26,553 nt of DNA from Candidatus Thalassarchaeaceae archaeon (GTDB lineage Archaea; Thermoplasmatota; Poseidoniia; Poseidoniales; Thalassarchaeaceae): positions 1 through 26,553 of the forward strand of contig JASLKH010000002.1 of the NCBI GenBank assembly GCA_030747675.1, given 5' to 3'. Shown in pieces: positions 8,878 through 17,889 of the stretch (position 1 is its first letter; every line of letters starts with the position of its first letter). The position numbers were made by a program, and so were the translations under genes. Under the pieces are notes generated by a model. The model was not told the origin of the DNA. It made no database searches and was given only the letters and a program-made list of their open reading frames with translations.

Positions 8878-10008
8878 TTAGTCTATACGAAATGTGCATG
8901 ATTTTGGCTCTTTGAAGATTTTACGCCGGTACTTCGCAATTATTCTGTATCCAATATCTCGAACTGGTAAAGGGATTACCCAAAGGAATGGATACCACAT
9001 TTTGTAATACCATTTCATGTATAGTAATCCACGAATCCCTGCTGCTGAGCGGATGTATGGTTTACCGTTTCGGATGAGATAAACTGTGTCGGCACCCTTC
9101 ATATTTTCAGGAAGTGTAGCAATGACTCGTTGTGCATCCTCCGCCAGAATAGGGCGGTACCCGAGTCGTTGATTATTTCCCAATCGCTTGTCGATGAATG
9201 TTGCCAAACGATGACAAAGCCCGCAATCACCATCCAAAAATAAGTAATCTCGTTGTTCCCCTGGTCTGATTCTTTCAGCCACTTCCATTGGCCATGTATG
9301 GACATAAACTCCTGTTGAAACATGCACCATATCCGGTTTTAGCACATCCTTGATTCCAAGGTCATATGACTCAGTAAGAGAATTATCCTCAACTGTGACT
9401 TTTCCTTCTTGAAATACCCAAGGATCATGTTGAGTATGGGTGATTTGTAAAGTTCCATTTTTCACAGTGTATAACGAATATCGCTCAAATAAAAATTCCT
9501 CTAATGAGTCCTTTTTAGCCCGCATATTCTCACCTTTAGCACAGGCTTCACCGCACAGAGAAAGTCCGTTACTTACTCGCTTGGATTCCCAAGAATATAT
9601 CTCATCTTTAGCCGAGAATTTACATTTCGAATATCGATAAGGGAGGCCATAAGCCCGAGGAGCATATGCACACGTGATTCGGCTGTATGCGTCAAGTGTG
9701 AGAAATAAGACCCCGCCTTTTCCATCCTTGGTCACATAAGTTCGAATATTGAATTCGGGAAAATTGGAAATTCCAGGAAGCCACGGAAGGAAGCGTGGTC
9801 TTACTTTTTTCATCTCGAAGGGGATTACACCAACGTAGGCTTTGCCCTCATAGATGTCCAATTCTAGCCCTTCTGGAATGTAGGGGGCCAGGTGAATGGG
9901 ATCAATTTTCCAATGCATGAAGGTTAGATTACGCCATTCCTGGCTAAATGCATGTGAATTAGGGGGCATTTGGAACGGCAAGTGATCGGCTCGGATTTTG
10001 ATGCCCAT
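8878..10008 (-). CDS. Fusion protein: N-terminal DUF2071 (YqjF-like) domain plus C-terminal DCC1-like (DUF393) thiol-disulfide oxidoreductase domain
   Basis: N-terminal part has QEWRNLTFMHW, YVGVIPF, FPEFNIRTYV, GVLFLTLDA and FLFERY.LY (YqjF/DUF2071 pattern). C-terminal part has LFLDGDCGLC, S.A.IR and P.PVRD.GYR.IAKYR..IF (DCC pattern). Start at ATG 10008 has an upstream GGAG and avoids overlap with the preceding gene. Confidence 0.8.
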   Translation of the reverse strand: MGIKIRADHLPFQMPPNSHAFSQEWRNLTFMHWKIDPIHLAPYIPEGLELDIYEGKAYVGVIPFEMKKVRPRFLPWLPGISNFPEFNIRTYVTKDGKGGVLFLTLDAYSRITCAYAPRAYGLPYRYSKCKFSAKDEIYSWESKRVSNGLSLCGEACAKGENMRAKKDSLEEFLFERYSLYTVKNGTLQITHTQHDPWVFQEGKVTVEDNSLTESYDLGIKDVLKPDMVHVSTGVYVHTWPMEVAERIRPGEQRDYLFLDGDCGLCHRLATFIDKRLGNNQRLGYRPILAEDAQRVIATLPENMKGADTVYLIRNGKPYIRSAAGIRGLLYMKWYYKMWYPFLWVIPLPVRDIGYRIIAKYRRKIFKEPKSCTFRID

Positions 10009-10028
10009 AATCGCTCGCACTCCTGACT

Positions 10029-11360
10029 TCATTGCCAATGAGAAGTGATATGGTCGGACCATGTTTCATATGATGGTTCTTTTGAACGACTTCCTTGTCT
10101 GTAGAAGCCAAACATTTTCTTCTTGTCTAGCCCTTTTGCACCCTGTTTGTGCGGTTGATATGCAAGGACGTATTTCGGGGCTTTCTGTACGTCAATTCGA
10201 ATGATTTTATTGTCGCGGAATGGCACGAATCTTATTGTCCAACATCCAGTAAGTGATTGTCCACTGCACACTAAATTTTTCTCTAGTATTTGTGAAATAT
10301 GCAGTTCTAATTGATCAACGGTGGAAACTTTAGTTGAATGACTCAAATCAGCTTCTAAGGTATTCGCGGGCAAAAATGGTTCCTCATCTTTTATTCCAAT
10401 GAGCAATGTCCCTCCAAGGGTATTGAGAAATGCCGCAACTTCTTTGACAACAACATCTTGTAACTCTTTATTTTGCTCCCCTTGGTTTTCACCCTCTGTG
10501 TTAGTCCAAAAGGAAGCTTTCAGTTCTAGTCGTTCATTTTCTCCTCCTGAAACTAATTGGTCGAGGGGGATTTCGTTTTCTTTGAGAGTTTTACTAATCG
10601 CATTACTTAATTTTTCAAAAAAACGCTCAATATTATCTACTTTGACAGATTTTTTCCCACGCCTTAAATCAAGAATATATCCAATCGCAACAAGTGGTGA
10701 GCATATGATCACCAATGCTAAAAGGAACATTATGATTGAATTAAAAAGAGCGAAAGAAGCAAAGAGAGTTTCTTGAATCGTATCTTCATGAATGAATAAT
10801 GAATAAGCAGCAGCAGCCCTTTGAAGGGCAAGGACAAACACCCAGAATTCCGCAAACCCTCCTCTGACTTCGCGAAATATGAAGGGAGATGATCTCTGTT
10901 CATGCCTTAATTCAATGAATTTTTCAGTGTCTTTATTTTTCGTTAGATACTCATACAATAATTCAGGCCATGCAACTACCAACATCCAGAAAATCAATCC
11001 AGCAGGCAAAGCCCATAACCTGGGTAATAATGACAAGAAAAACTCACTAATTTCCCAAGAATTTGAATGAAAAATCACAAGTAATCCGAGGAGGAAAAGG
11101 ATGTTTGCACAACGAAAAGGCGTGCTAATCAGTAGCGATATTCGCGGTGAAACAACATCGGCTTCTTTCAACTCATACCCCGCTATTTGATTTGGATAGT
11201 GATAGAGAAAAGAGTATGGTGATTCGTCATAGTCGTATTCTTGTCTATCCGAAGATTGACGGATTTTTCCAATCGTACCATTGGAAAAAAGGGCATACTT
11301 TTCACCCTTTAGCACGGATATTGGTAAATTCAAGTCAGGGTCTGGGTCACAACTGACCAT
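10029..11360 (-). CDS. Membrane protein (~4 TM) with a C-terminal Schlafen/AlbA_2 domain
   Basis: Hydrophobic segments at about aa 74-97, 107-131, 170-190 and 199-230. These are followed by GENERLELKASF...VVKEVAAFLNTLGGTLLIGIKD...IIRIDV, the AlbA_2/Schlafen signature. Confidence 0.85.
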   Translation of the reverse strand: MVSCDPDPDLNLPISVLKGEKYALFSNGTIGKIRQSSDRQEYDYDESPYSFLYHYPNQIAGYELKEADVVSPRISLLISTPFRCANILFLLGLLVIFHSNSWEISEFFLSLLPRLWALPAGLIFWMLVVAWPELLYEYLTKNKDTEKFIELRHEQRSSPFIFREVRGGFAEFWVFVLALQRAAAAYSLFIHEDTIQETLFASFALFNSIIMFLLALVIICSPLVAIGYILDLRRGKKSVKVDNIERFFEKLSNAISKTLKENEIPLDQLVSGGENERLELKASFWTNTEGENQGEQNKELQDVVVKEVAAFLNTLGGTLLIGIKDEEPFLPANTLEADLSHSTKVSTVDQLELHISQILEKNLVCSGQSLTGCWTIRFVPFRDNKIIRIDVQKAPKYVLAYQPHKQGAKGLDKKKMFGFYRQGSRSKEPSYETWSDHITSHWQ

Positions 11361-11529
11361 TATTGACCCGCTAACTTAGATGTAGATAAACTACCTCCAA
11401 ACTCAATTAGTGTTGCATATTATCGCAGCGATTGAAGCGGGGGCCCTTGCAAAAAATTTGCAACAGAATGATGGTTATGGGCATTCTTATCCGATTCCTT
11501 GATGGTACTCCTGTGCACCCGCCCATTCA

Positions 11530-13248
11530 ATGAGCGATGATGGAGGGCGCCTTGATAGGTTGACCGCGATGCTGCGAAGGCGTGGCGTAATCCTTCCTGC
11601 ATTCGAAATTCATGGAGGTGTTGCTGGACTGTATGATTTTGGTCCAATTGGTGGTAAACTCCGTCGTAATGTAAAGAATATTTGGCTTCAGCATTGGGCC
11701 AAGCATGGAGATATTGTCGAAATAGACTCGCCTACATTGACTCCGGAACCTGTTTTGATTGCGAGTGGACATGTCGGGGAATTCAACGATTATATGTCAG
11801 AATGCAAGTCATGCAACTCTGTTTTCAGAAGTGATCATCTTTTATCTGATCACCACCCTAATCCAGATGTTTTACCACCTGAAGAATTGAACTCTCTTCT
11901 AATAAAAATGGGTGTCACTTGTCCTGGTTGCAACCAAAATGACTGGTTGGATGCACGCCCAATGAATCTAATGTTTGAGACTAAAATTGGTGCAATGCGG
12001 GGCGGGAGGACTGCATATATGCGTCCTGAAACTGCTCAAGGGATGTTTATGCTATTTCCTGCATTATACCGCCATTTCCGCAACAGATTACCATTTGGTG
12101 CTGTCCAAACTGGTAAAGGCTACAGGAATGAAATAAGTCCGCGCCAGGGAATGATTCGATTACGTGAATTCAATATGGCTGAACTTGAATATTTCATTGA
12201 CCCAGAAGTTGTACCTTCGCACGATTTCTCGAAATGGAATTCAATGCCGTTCAACTTGATCCCAGACCCAGATACATCATCTCCAGTATCAATGAGCATT
12301 CGGGATGCGTCTGAAAAGGGCATCATTCGCCACCCCACTGTCGCATGGTTCATGGGATGGACATGGGATTTCCTTGTCGCTGTCGGTATTGATCCAAATC
12401 GGATTCGATTTAGACAACATGAAGGTACCGAAATGGCCCACTATGCTAGTGATTGCTGGGATGCTGAAATTGAAGGTTCATACGGTTGGATTGAATGTGT
12501 TGGAATTGCCCATAGAGGGTGTTATGACCTCGGCGCTCATGAAAATTCCACCGGAAATTCATCACTGAAGGCATGGCGGCCATTCCAAGAGCCAAAATCT
12601 GTTGATAAAACAATTCTCGCAGGTAATGGAGCTGTTATTGGACCGGCTTTTCGGGAGAAGGCGAATGCAGTCAATGCTGCTCTGGCTGAATTATCAAACA
12701 CTAACCAAGAATATCCATTCCAACTCACACTAGACGATGGATCCGAAGTAACCATAGAAGAAAATATGATTGAAATGAAGCGGGTTGTAGCCACTGAGCA
12801 CGGTGAGTGGTTTTTACCACATGTCGTTGAACCAGCGTTTGGAATTGATCGGATTATATGGCACATTCTCGACCATTGTTACATTGAAACTGAGAAATCT
12901 GGCGAATCATATACACTCATGCAATTACCAGAATTTATTGCTCCGGTCAATGTTGCAATATTGCCCCTGATGGAAAAGGACGGGTTAGTTGAAGTTGCAG
13001 ATTTGTTGCATCGCCAAATTTGCAGCATATCGGATGTTTCCTCGTATTACGATGGTTCAGGTTCTATTGGTAGGAGATATGCTAGAGCCGATGAAGTTGG
13101 TGTACCTTGGGCAATTACTATTGATCATCAAACCCTTGAAGATTCAACTGTAACAATTCGAAGGAGAGATGATGGATTACAAATGCGCATTGAGATGGAT
13201 TTGTTACAATCCAAACTTGCCACAGGTTCGATTAGCGAACTATTTTGA
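11530..13248 (+). CDS. glyS: Glycine--tRNA ligase (archaeal/eukaryotic homodimeric type)
   Basis: Motifs RRRG.I.PAFEIHGGVAGLYDFGPIG, YMRPETAQG, YRNEISPRQGMIRLREF, HYASDCWDAE, PHVVEPAFGIDR and GSIGRRYARADEVG. Confidence 0.98.
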   Translation: MSDDGGRLDRLTAMLRRRGVILPAFEIHGGVAGLYDFGPIGGKLRRNVKNIWLQHWAKHGDIVEIDSPTLTPEPVLIASGHVGEFNDYMSECKSCNSVFRSDHLLSDHHPNPDVLPPEELNSLLIKMGVTCPGCNQNDWLDARPMNLMFETKIGAMRGGRTAYMRPETAQGMFMLFPALYRHFRNRLPFGAVQTGKGYRNEISPRQGMIRLREFNMAELEYFIDPEVVPSHDFSKWNSMPFNLIPDPDTSSPVSMSIRDASEKGIIRHPTVAWFMGWTWDFLVAVGIDPNRIRFRQHEGTEMAHYASDCWDAEIEGSYGWIECVGIAHRGCYDLGAHENSTGNSSLKAWRPFQEPKSVDKTILAGNGAVIGPAFREKANAVNAALAELSNTNQEYPFQLTLDDGSEVTIEENMIEMKRVVATEHGEWFLPHVVEPAFGIDRIIWHILDHCYIETEKSGESYTLMQLPEFIAPVNVAILPLMEKDGLVEVADLLHRQICSISDVSSYYDGSGSIGRRYARADEVGVPWAITIDHQTLEDSTVTIRRRDDGLQMRIEMDLLQSKLATGSISELF

Positions 13249-13288
13249 CGCTCAAGGTTCAATAGCGTCCGGTTTTCTCATCAAACCG

Positions 13289-14839
13289 ATGCCCGAGGAA
13301 AGTATCCATGAAGATTGGACTGAGCGGCATCGACCTCGGTCCCTCATTGCACTCGAAGGAAATGATGCACCACGGAAAAGAATTCGAAATTGGCTACTAT
13401 CATGGGAAGACGGGGTTCCGGATAAACGGGCGATATTGTTGACTGGGCCCCCAGGTGTAGGAAAGACGAGTATGGCCACCGCCATTGCCGAAGATCTCGG
13501 ATGGGATATTATCGAACTCAATGCATCCGATCAAAGAAATGCGGCAGCCATTCGAAAAGCTGCCACAGCAGGTGCTACTCACTTTACATTCAGTTTGGAT
13601 GGTTCATTTGGCACTACTGCGAAAAGACGGACTCTTGTGCTGCTTGACGAAGTTGACCATATTGGTGGAAGTTTTAGGCAAATAAGTGAGGATCGGATAT
13701 CAAAAAATGTGATTGGTAGTGAGGAAGATGAATTAAATTCACGAACTGTCCTAAAGGGCGATAGTGGTGGTAAGGCTGAATTGTTACGACTCTTGAACAC
13801 CACAAAACAGCCAATTTTGCTAACCTGCAATGAACCGATGGGGCTATGGGGAAAAGGTAGCAATTGGAGAAGTGCCCGAGATCGAGTTTCACGCCTCACT
13901 GAAATAATTGAATTTAGACGAGCATCTGAAAGTGCACTTCGCAGAATCGCTAACCGCATTTTACTTGCTGAAGGATATACAGCAGATGGAGTTGCTATTG
14001 ATCGACTTGTTGAAAATAATCCGGGAGATATTCGTGCTTTAGTTCGAGATTTACAAGCGATTTGTACTGCCTCTCCAGGTCACCTCAATGAACAACTAAT
14101 CTTAGATCAAATTGAATTTGGGCAGCGTGATCAACAGATTGATCTATTCCCTGGTTTGGAAAAATTATACAGAACTAAATCAGCGAAGATAGCCTCTGAA
14201 ATAGGCCTCAAAATTGACAAAACACCTGATGAATTAGTTGCTTGGGTTGCATGGAATAATGCATCAGTGATGCGTAATTCCGAAAATCGAAAACGGGGTT
14301 CTAAGGCATTATCAATTGCTGATAAAGCGCTTTCAATCCGATTCACAAACCTTGCTTATCGATCGTGGTATTGGGGGGGGCAATTAGGATCCTTGGCTGC
14401 AAGTACTGCTTCAAATGAAACTCCACCTGACCGTTTTAGTTTACAATTCCCCAACTTTTTGCGAAGAGGGAATGAATCATGGAGGAGGTCATCAATTGTC
14501 GAAAGGTTATCGGAAACATGTGGTGCCAGTCATTTCGCTGTTAGAGAAGAATTATGGCCAACATTACGAGCTGTCACAGGTAATGAATTGGGTGGGGACT
14601 GTGAAGACTTTTCACTTTCACTCGCGTTGAATCTATCCGCAGATGACCACATTGCTTTGCATGGATTGAATGCGAACTTGGTGAAAAACAAGAAACTCGC
14701 TTCTCGCTATGAAGAAGCGTATTTGATCCAATCATCCCCAGGACTCACGCAAGATTTAGCGGAAATAGTGGAAGAAATTGGAATTGAGAGGTCTGAGCGT
14801 GAAGTCGACGAATCTCAAAAAACACTAGATTTCTTTTAA
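13289..14839 (+). CDS. rfcL: Replication factor C large subunit
   Basis: Motifs WTERHRP, GPPGVGKT, IELNASDQR, LDEVD and GDIRA, with a C-terminal PIP-like QKTLDFF. Start moved to ATG 13289 (MPEES) to avoid overlap with glyS. Confidence 0.93.
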   Translation: MPEESIHEDWTERHRPRSLIALEGNDAPRKRIRNWLLSWEDGVPDKRAILLTGPPGVGKTSMATAIAEDLGWDIIELNASDQRNAAAIRKAATAGATHFTFSLDGSFGTTAKRRTLVLLDEVDHIGGSFRQISEDRISKNVIGSEEDELNSRTVLKGDSGGKAELLRLLNTTKQPILLTCNEPMGLWGKGSNWRSARDRVSRLTEIIEFRRASESALRRIANRILLAEGYTADGVAIDRLVENNPGDIRALVRDLQAICTASPGHLNEQLILDQIEFGQRDQQIDLFPGLEKLYRTKSAKIASEIGLKIDKTPDELVAWVAWNNASVMRNSENRKRGSKALSIADKALSIRFTNLAYRSWYWGGQLGSLAASTASNETPPDRFSLQFPNFLRRGNESWRRSSIVERLSETCGASHFAVREELWPTLRAVTGNELGGDCEDFSLSLALNLSADDHIALHGLNANLVKNKKLASRYEEAYLIQSSPGLTQDLAEIVEEIGIERSEREVDESQKTLDFF

Positions 14840-16408
14840 TCAGCCTTTACGTTCTTTCCGCCAAGTTCGTGGGTGGAAGAGCACGAGTACTGTGAGTAAT
14901 TCTAGCCGCCCCGCCCACATCAATAATGAAGTATAGATTAACGAGTACCAATTCAAACTTGCCCAAGTAGAAGTAGGACCAAACGCACCCAATGCTGGCC
15001 CTGTATTTCCAAGGGCCGAGAATATTACTGAAAGAATTGTTTCGAGAGAATGTGTTGGTTCAAAAATTGCTAATAAAGCCGTACTTATCATTGCCAAAGC
15101 AGCCCATGTGGACAACATTCCAATGACAACCCACATTCTTGAATCATCAACCACCTCATCATTAATCCGAACACTAACAACTGCACGAGGTTGTACCATT
15201 CTGTGTATCTCTCTTCGTGCCAGACCAAATGCAAGTCGAAGTCGAAGGATCTTCAACCCACCACTAGTAGATCCAGCTGAGGCGCCAACTGCCATTAAGA
15301 AGAGAAGTATGAATAAAGAAAGTACTGGCCAACTCGCAAAGTCAGAACTAGCATACCCTGTCGAGGTACCAATTGCAGCAGCCTGGAACGCACCATGTCT
15401 CAGAGCTTCACCCCATTCCCAGCCTGCACTACTAACGAGATTAATAGCAAATAAAGCCCAAGCACATAGAAGCACGAGAAGATATACTCTTAGCTCTTGA
15501 TCATTGATTACCTTGGCATACTCCTTAAGCAGAAGGAAATGGAACAATGTGAAGTTAATACCTGTTGCTACCATAAAAAAAGTGATGATGATTTCAACTC
15601 TCGGACTATCGAAATCCATCACACCACCGTCTGTTGTCCCAAAGCCACCGGATGACATTGTTGTTAACGAATAATTAATTGCATTAAACCACTTCAAATC
15701 TGCAACCCACAGCAACAAAATGAACTCAAGTATGGTGAATACGACATATATGCCCCAAAGTGCTTGAGCAGTTTCTTGAAGCCTAGGACGGAGGCGACTT
15801 AGAGATGGTCCAGTAAGTTCTGCTCTAGCAATAGACATTCCCCCGCCAAGTGCGCGACTTAGTAATAACATGCCAAGCATAATGATACCCATGCCACCCA
15901 ACCATTGTGTCAATGATCTCCAAAACAATATCCCATATGGTTGGCTACCAATACACTCGTCAGCACCTTCACATCGCGGAGAAACATGCGGGTCAATAGT
16001 GGTAGCACCACTTGTAGTGAATCCAGACATCGATTCAAACCAACCCCGAATAAATCCTCCAAGAATTTCCTTGAGTGTGCCGCCATCGCCATCCCAAGTA
16101 ATGGGGCCATGGAATGTTGGACCCAGCCAATACGGCAGTGCCCCTACCGCAACAATCAACGGCCACGATAATGCAACTGCTGCAAATGCTTCACGATCCC
16201 TAAGGCGATCTGCTGAATCTCTCCTTGTTCCATACCTAATGAGAATACCACCCACTACAACACAAAACAAAATTGGGGGTAAGAATGACCAGAGGATAAT
16301 GGCTATTTCATCATGCGTGATGAACCCTATACCAGCACTAATAGCAAGTGGTATTGCGAGAAGGAAGAGGCTCCATCCCGCAATTAATCCAATTACGTCG
16401 TATCGCAT
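14840..16408 (-). CDS. trkH: Trk potassium uptake permease TrkH
   Basis: Motifs FESMSGFTTSGAT, WRSLTQWLGGMG, TTMSSGGFG, GASAGSTSGGLK, SALGNTGP and GRLELLTV. Confidence 0.96.
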   Translation of the reverse strand: MRYDVIGLIAGWSLFLLAIPLAISAGIGFITHDEIAIILWSFLPPILFCVVVGGILIRYGTRRDSADRLRDREAFAAVALSWPLIVAVGALPYWLGPTFHGPITWDGDGGTLKEILGGFIRGWFESMSGFTTSGATTIDPHVSPRCEGADECIGSQPYGILFWRSLTQWLGGMGIIMLGMLLLSRALGGGMSIARAELTGPSLSRLRPRLQETAQALWGIYVVFTILEFILLLWVADLKWFNAINYSLTTMSSGGFGTTDGGVMDFDSPRVEIIITFFMVATGINFTLFHFLLLKEYAKVINDQELRVYLLVLLCAWALFAINLVSSAGWEWGEALRHGAFQAAAIGTSTGYASSDFASWPVLSLFILLFLMAVGASAGSTSGGLKILRLRLAFGLARREIHRMVQPRAVVSVRINDEVVDDSRMWVVIGMLSTWAALAMISTALLAIFEPTHSLETILSVIFSALGNTGPALGAFGPTSTWASLNWYSLIYTSLLMWAGRLELLTVLVLFHPRTWRKERKG

Positions 16409-16410
16409 TA

Positions 16411-17838
16411 TCAGCGCTCCAAAATTCGCTCGATAGTCGGTACATCATCTGATGCAACAAACAGAATCAATCGATCACCAGATTTGACGGTCATGTCATT
16501 ATTAGGCCGCAGCAACAATCTTGATCCATCATTATTTTCACGTTCAACAAAAGCTATTCTAAAGGCATCAGCCTTACGTTCAATTTTCCCAACTGTTTCC
16601 CCAATTACACTATGGTCATCTGAAATTAAGGCACTCATCGCCACAATTTCAGGTACAGAAGGCATTAATTGATAATGGCCAGGAACTCGACCATGTACAT
16701 GCATCAAAATTGAATCAATAGCAACTCGTCTCTCTGATACTGCATAAGTAAGTCCAATTCTCCTTACCACTCTGGCAAGGTTTGAATCATCCAGAATCAT
16801 TCCAGTTCGCTCAACCCCAATGTCTGCAGCCCTCATTGCAATTGCGATGTTATCATGATCATCAGGCAATGCGGCAATTGCGATGTCATGATCTGCTATT
16901 TCAACTTCCTTTAGCAAATCTAAATCGCCTAAATTACAATGAATTACATCCAACCTTTTCTGCGAGCCAATCGAACTACCTACTAACTCATTAGCAGCTT
17001 CAAGTTTCTCATCGAGTACCGTAACCCAGCAGCCTTCGTTAAGATATGACTCTGCTAACTGTCGGCCCAACGATGTCGCACCAAAAATTGCTACACGGGG
17101 TGTTTCAGGGTAAGGAGGTTCAATATGACCAGCCGCTTTGGAAACGCGTTTGAAGGTATGTTCACCTATGGTCGCAAAAACCAATCGATCACCGGCCTCA
17201 ATAATCGTGTCCGATGCTGGTACAAATGCGCGTTCACCTTTACGGCACAGGGTAAATGGTGTCGGCAAACCATCGATATTTTCATCCGCTTGTGCAATGG
17301 TGAAATTTACCATTTGGGATGCATTGGGTGAAACTTCTACTTCTACAATCCATGCATCTCCACCCAAAGGAAGTACCTCATTAAGACTAGATGATTTCAA
17401 TCCGGCTCGTAATCTCGCAATTGAATCCTCGTGCGGGCATATCGCAACATCAACACCTGCCCATCGCGATAGACGATCTTCTTCATCAGCAATCAAACCA
17501 GCATCATGGATTCTAGCCATGGTCAATAGTTCTGGACGCTTTGGGTTTTTTTCAAGTGGCAATTCTTCTTCCAACAAATCTCTTGCTAAAGCGCAAGATA
17601 GAATGTTTCTTTCATCACTACCAGTAGCAGCAATGAAGACACCTGCGTCAGTTATTCCGGCTTCCTTTAACACCTCACGACGTGTTACATCGCCAAGTAA
17701 AACAAAGGCATCAATAGCTTGGGCTTCCTTTATCACATCAGGATCTGGATCTATCAAAACAAGGTCTTGGCCTTCGTCCTGAAGTGCCCGAGCAACACCT
17801 CTTCCAACTTCTCCAGCGCCACCGATGATAATACGCAT
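16411..17838 (-). CDS. trkA: Trk potassium uptake regulatory subunit TrkA (two RCK_N/RCK_C repeats)
   Basis: MRIIIGGAGEVG, AAT.SDE.NI and a second RCK half; 475 aa; lies directly upstream of trkH with a 2-nt gap. Confidence 0.93.
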   Translation of the reverse strand: MRIIIGGAGEVGRGVARALQDEGQDLVLIDPDPDVIKEAQAIDAFVLLGDVTRREVLKEAGITDAGVFIAATGSDERNILSCALARDLLEEELPLEKNPKRPELLTMARIHDAGLIADEEDRLSRWAGVDVAICPHEDSIARLRAGLKSSSLNEVLPLGGDAWIVEVEVSPNASQMVNFTIAQADENIDGLPTPFTLCRKGERAFVPASDTIIEAGDRLVFATIGEHTFKRVSKAAGHIEPPYPETPRVAIFGATSLGRQLAESYLNEGCWVTVLDEKLEAANELVGSSIGSQKRLDVIHCNLGDLDLLKEVEIADHDIAIAALPDDHDNIAIAMRAADIGVERTGMILDDSNLARVVRRIGLTYAVSERRVAIDSILMHVHGRVPGHYQLMPSVPEIVAMSALISDDHSVIGETVGKIERKADAFRIAFVERENNDGSRLLLRPNNDMTVKSGDRLILFVASDDVPTIERILER

Positions 17839-17842
17839 AATC

Positions 17843-17849
17843 TCACCTC
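17843..17849 (-). promoter_or_regulatory. Shine-Dalgarno site (GAGGTGA) for trkA
   Basis: GAGGTGA 4 nt upstream of ATG 17838. Confidence 0.65.
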
Positions 17850-17889
17850 TTGCTGAATTAACGGCCCAACCTCTCCCTCTTAATCCTCG

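Noticed and set aside
10009-11529. Mobile element or target-site duplication around the Schlafen gene
   Set aside because: No transposase or integrase, and I found no convincing flanking direct repeats.
11420-11772. Minus-strand ORFs 11420..11647 and 11527..11772
   Set aside because: They overlap the conserved glyS N-terminus on the opposite strand and have no motifs.
10029-13248. Idea that the Schlafen protein specifically targets tRNA-Gly because it neighbours glyS (and tiaS/trmY are nearby)
   Set aside because: Adjacency only; these tRNA-related genes are ordinary housekeeping genes and no target can be read from the sequence.
13169-13288. Extended rfcL start overlapping glyS
   Set aside because: It would overlap glyS by 80 nt; RFC-L homology starts at MPEES..DWTERHRP.
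14373-14380. G8 homopolymer in rfcL as a possible phase-variation tract
   Set aside because: It is in frame (Trp-Gly-Gly), short, and inside an essential replication gene.
15108-17782. Plus-strand ORFs of 130-214 aa opposite trkH/trkA
   Set aside because: Antisense shadows of well-supported genes.
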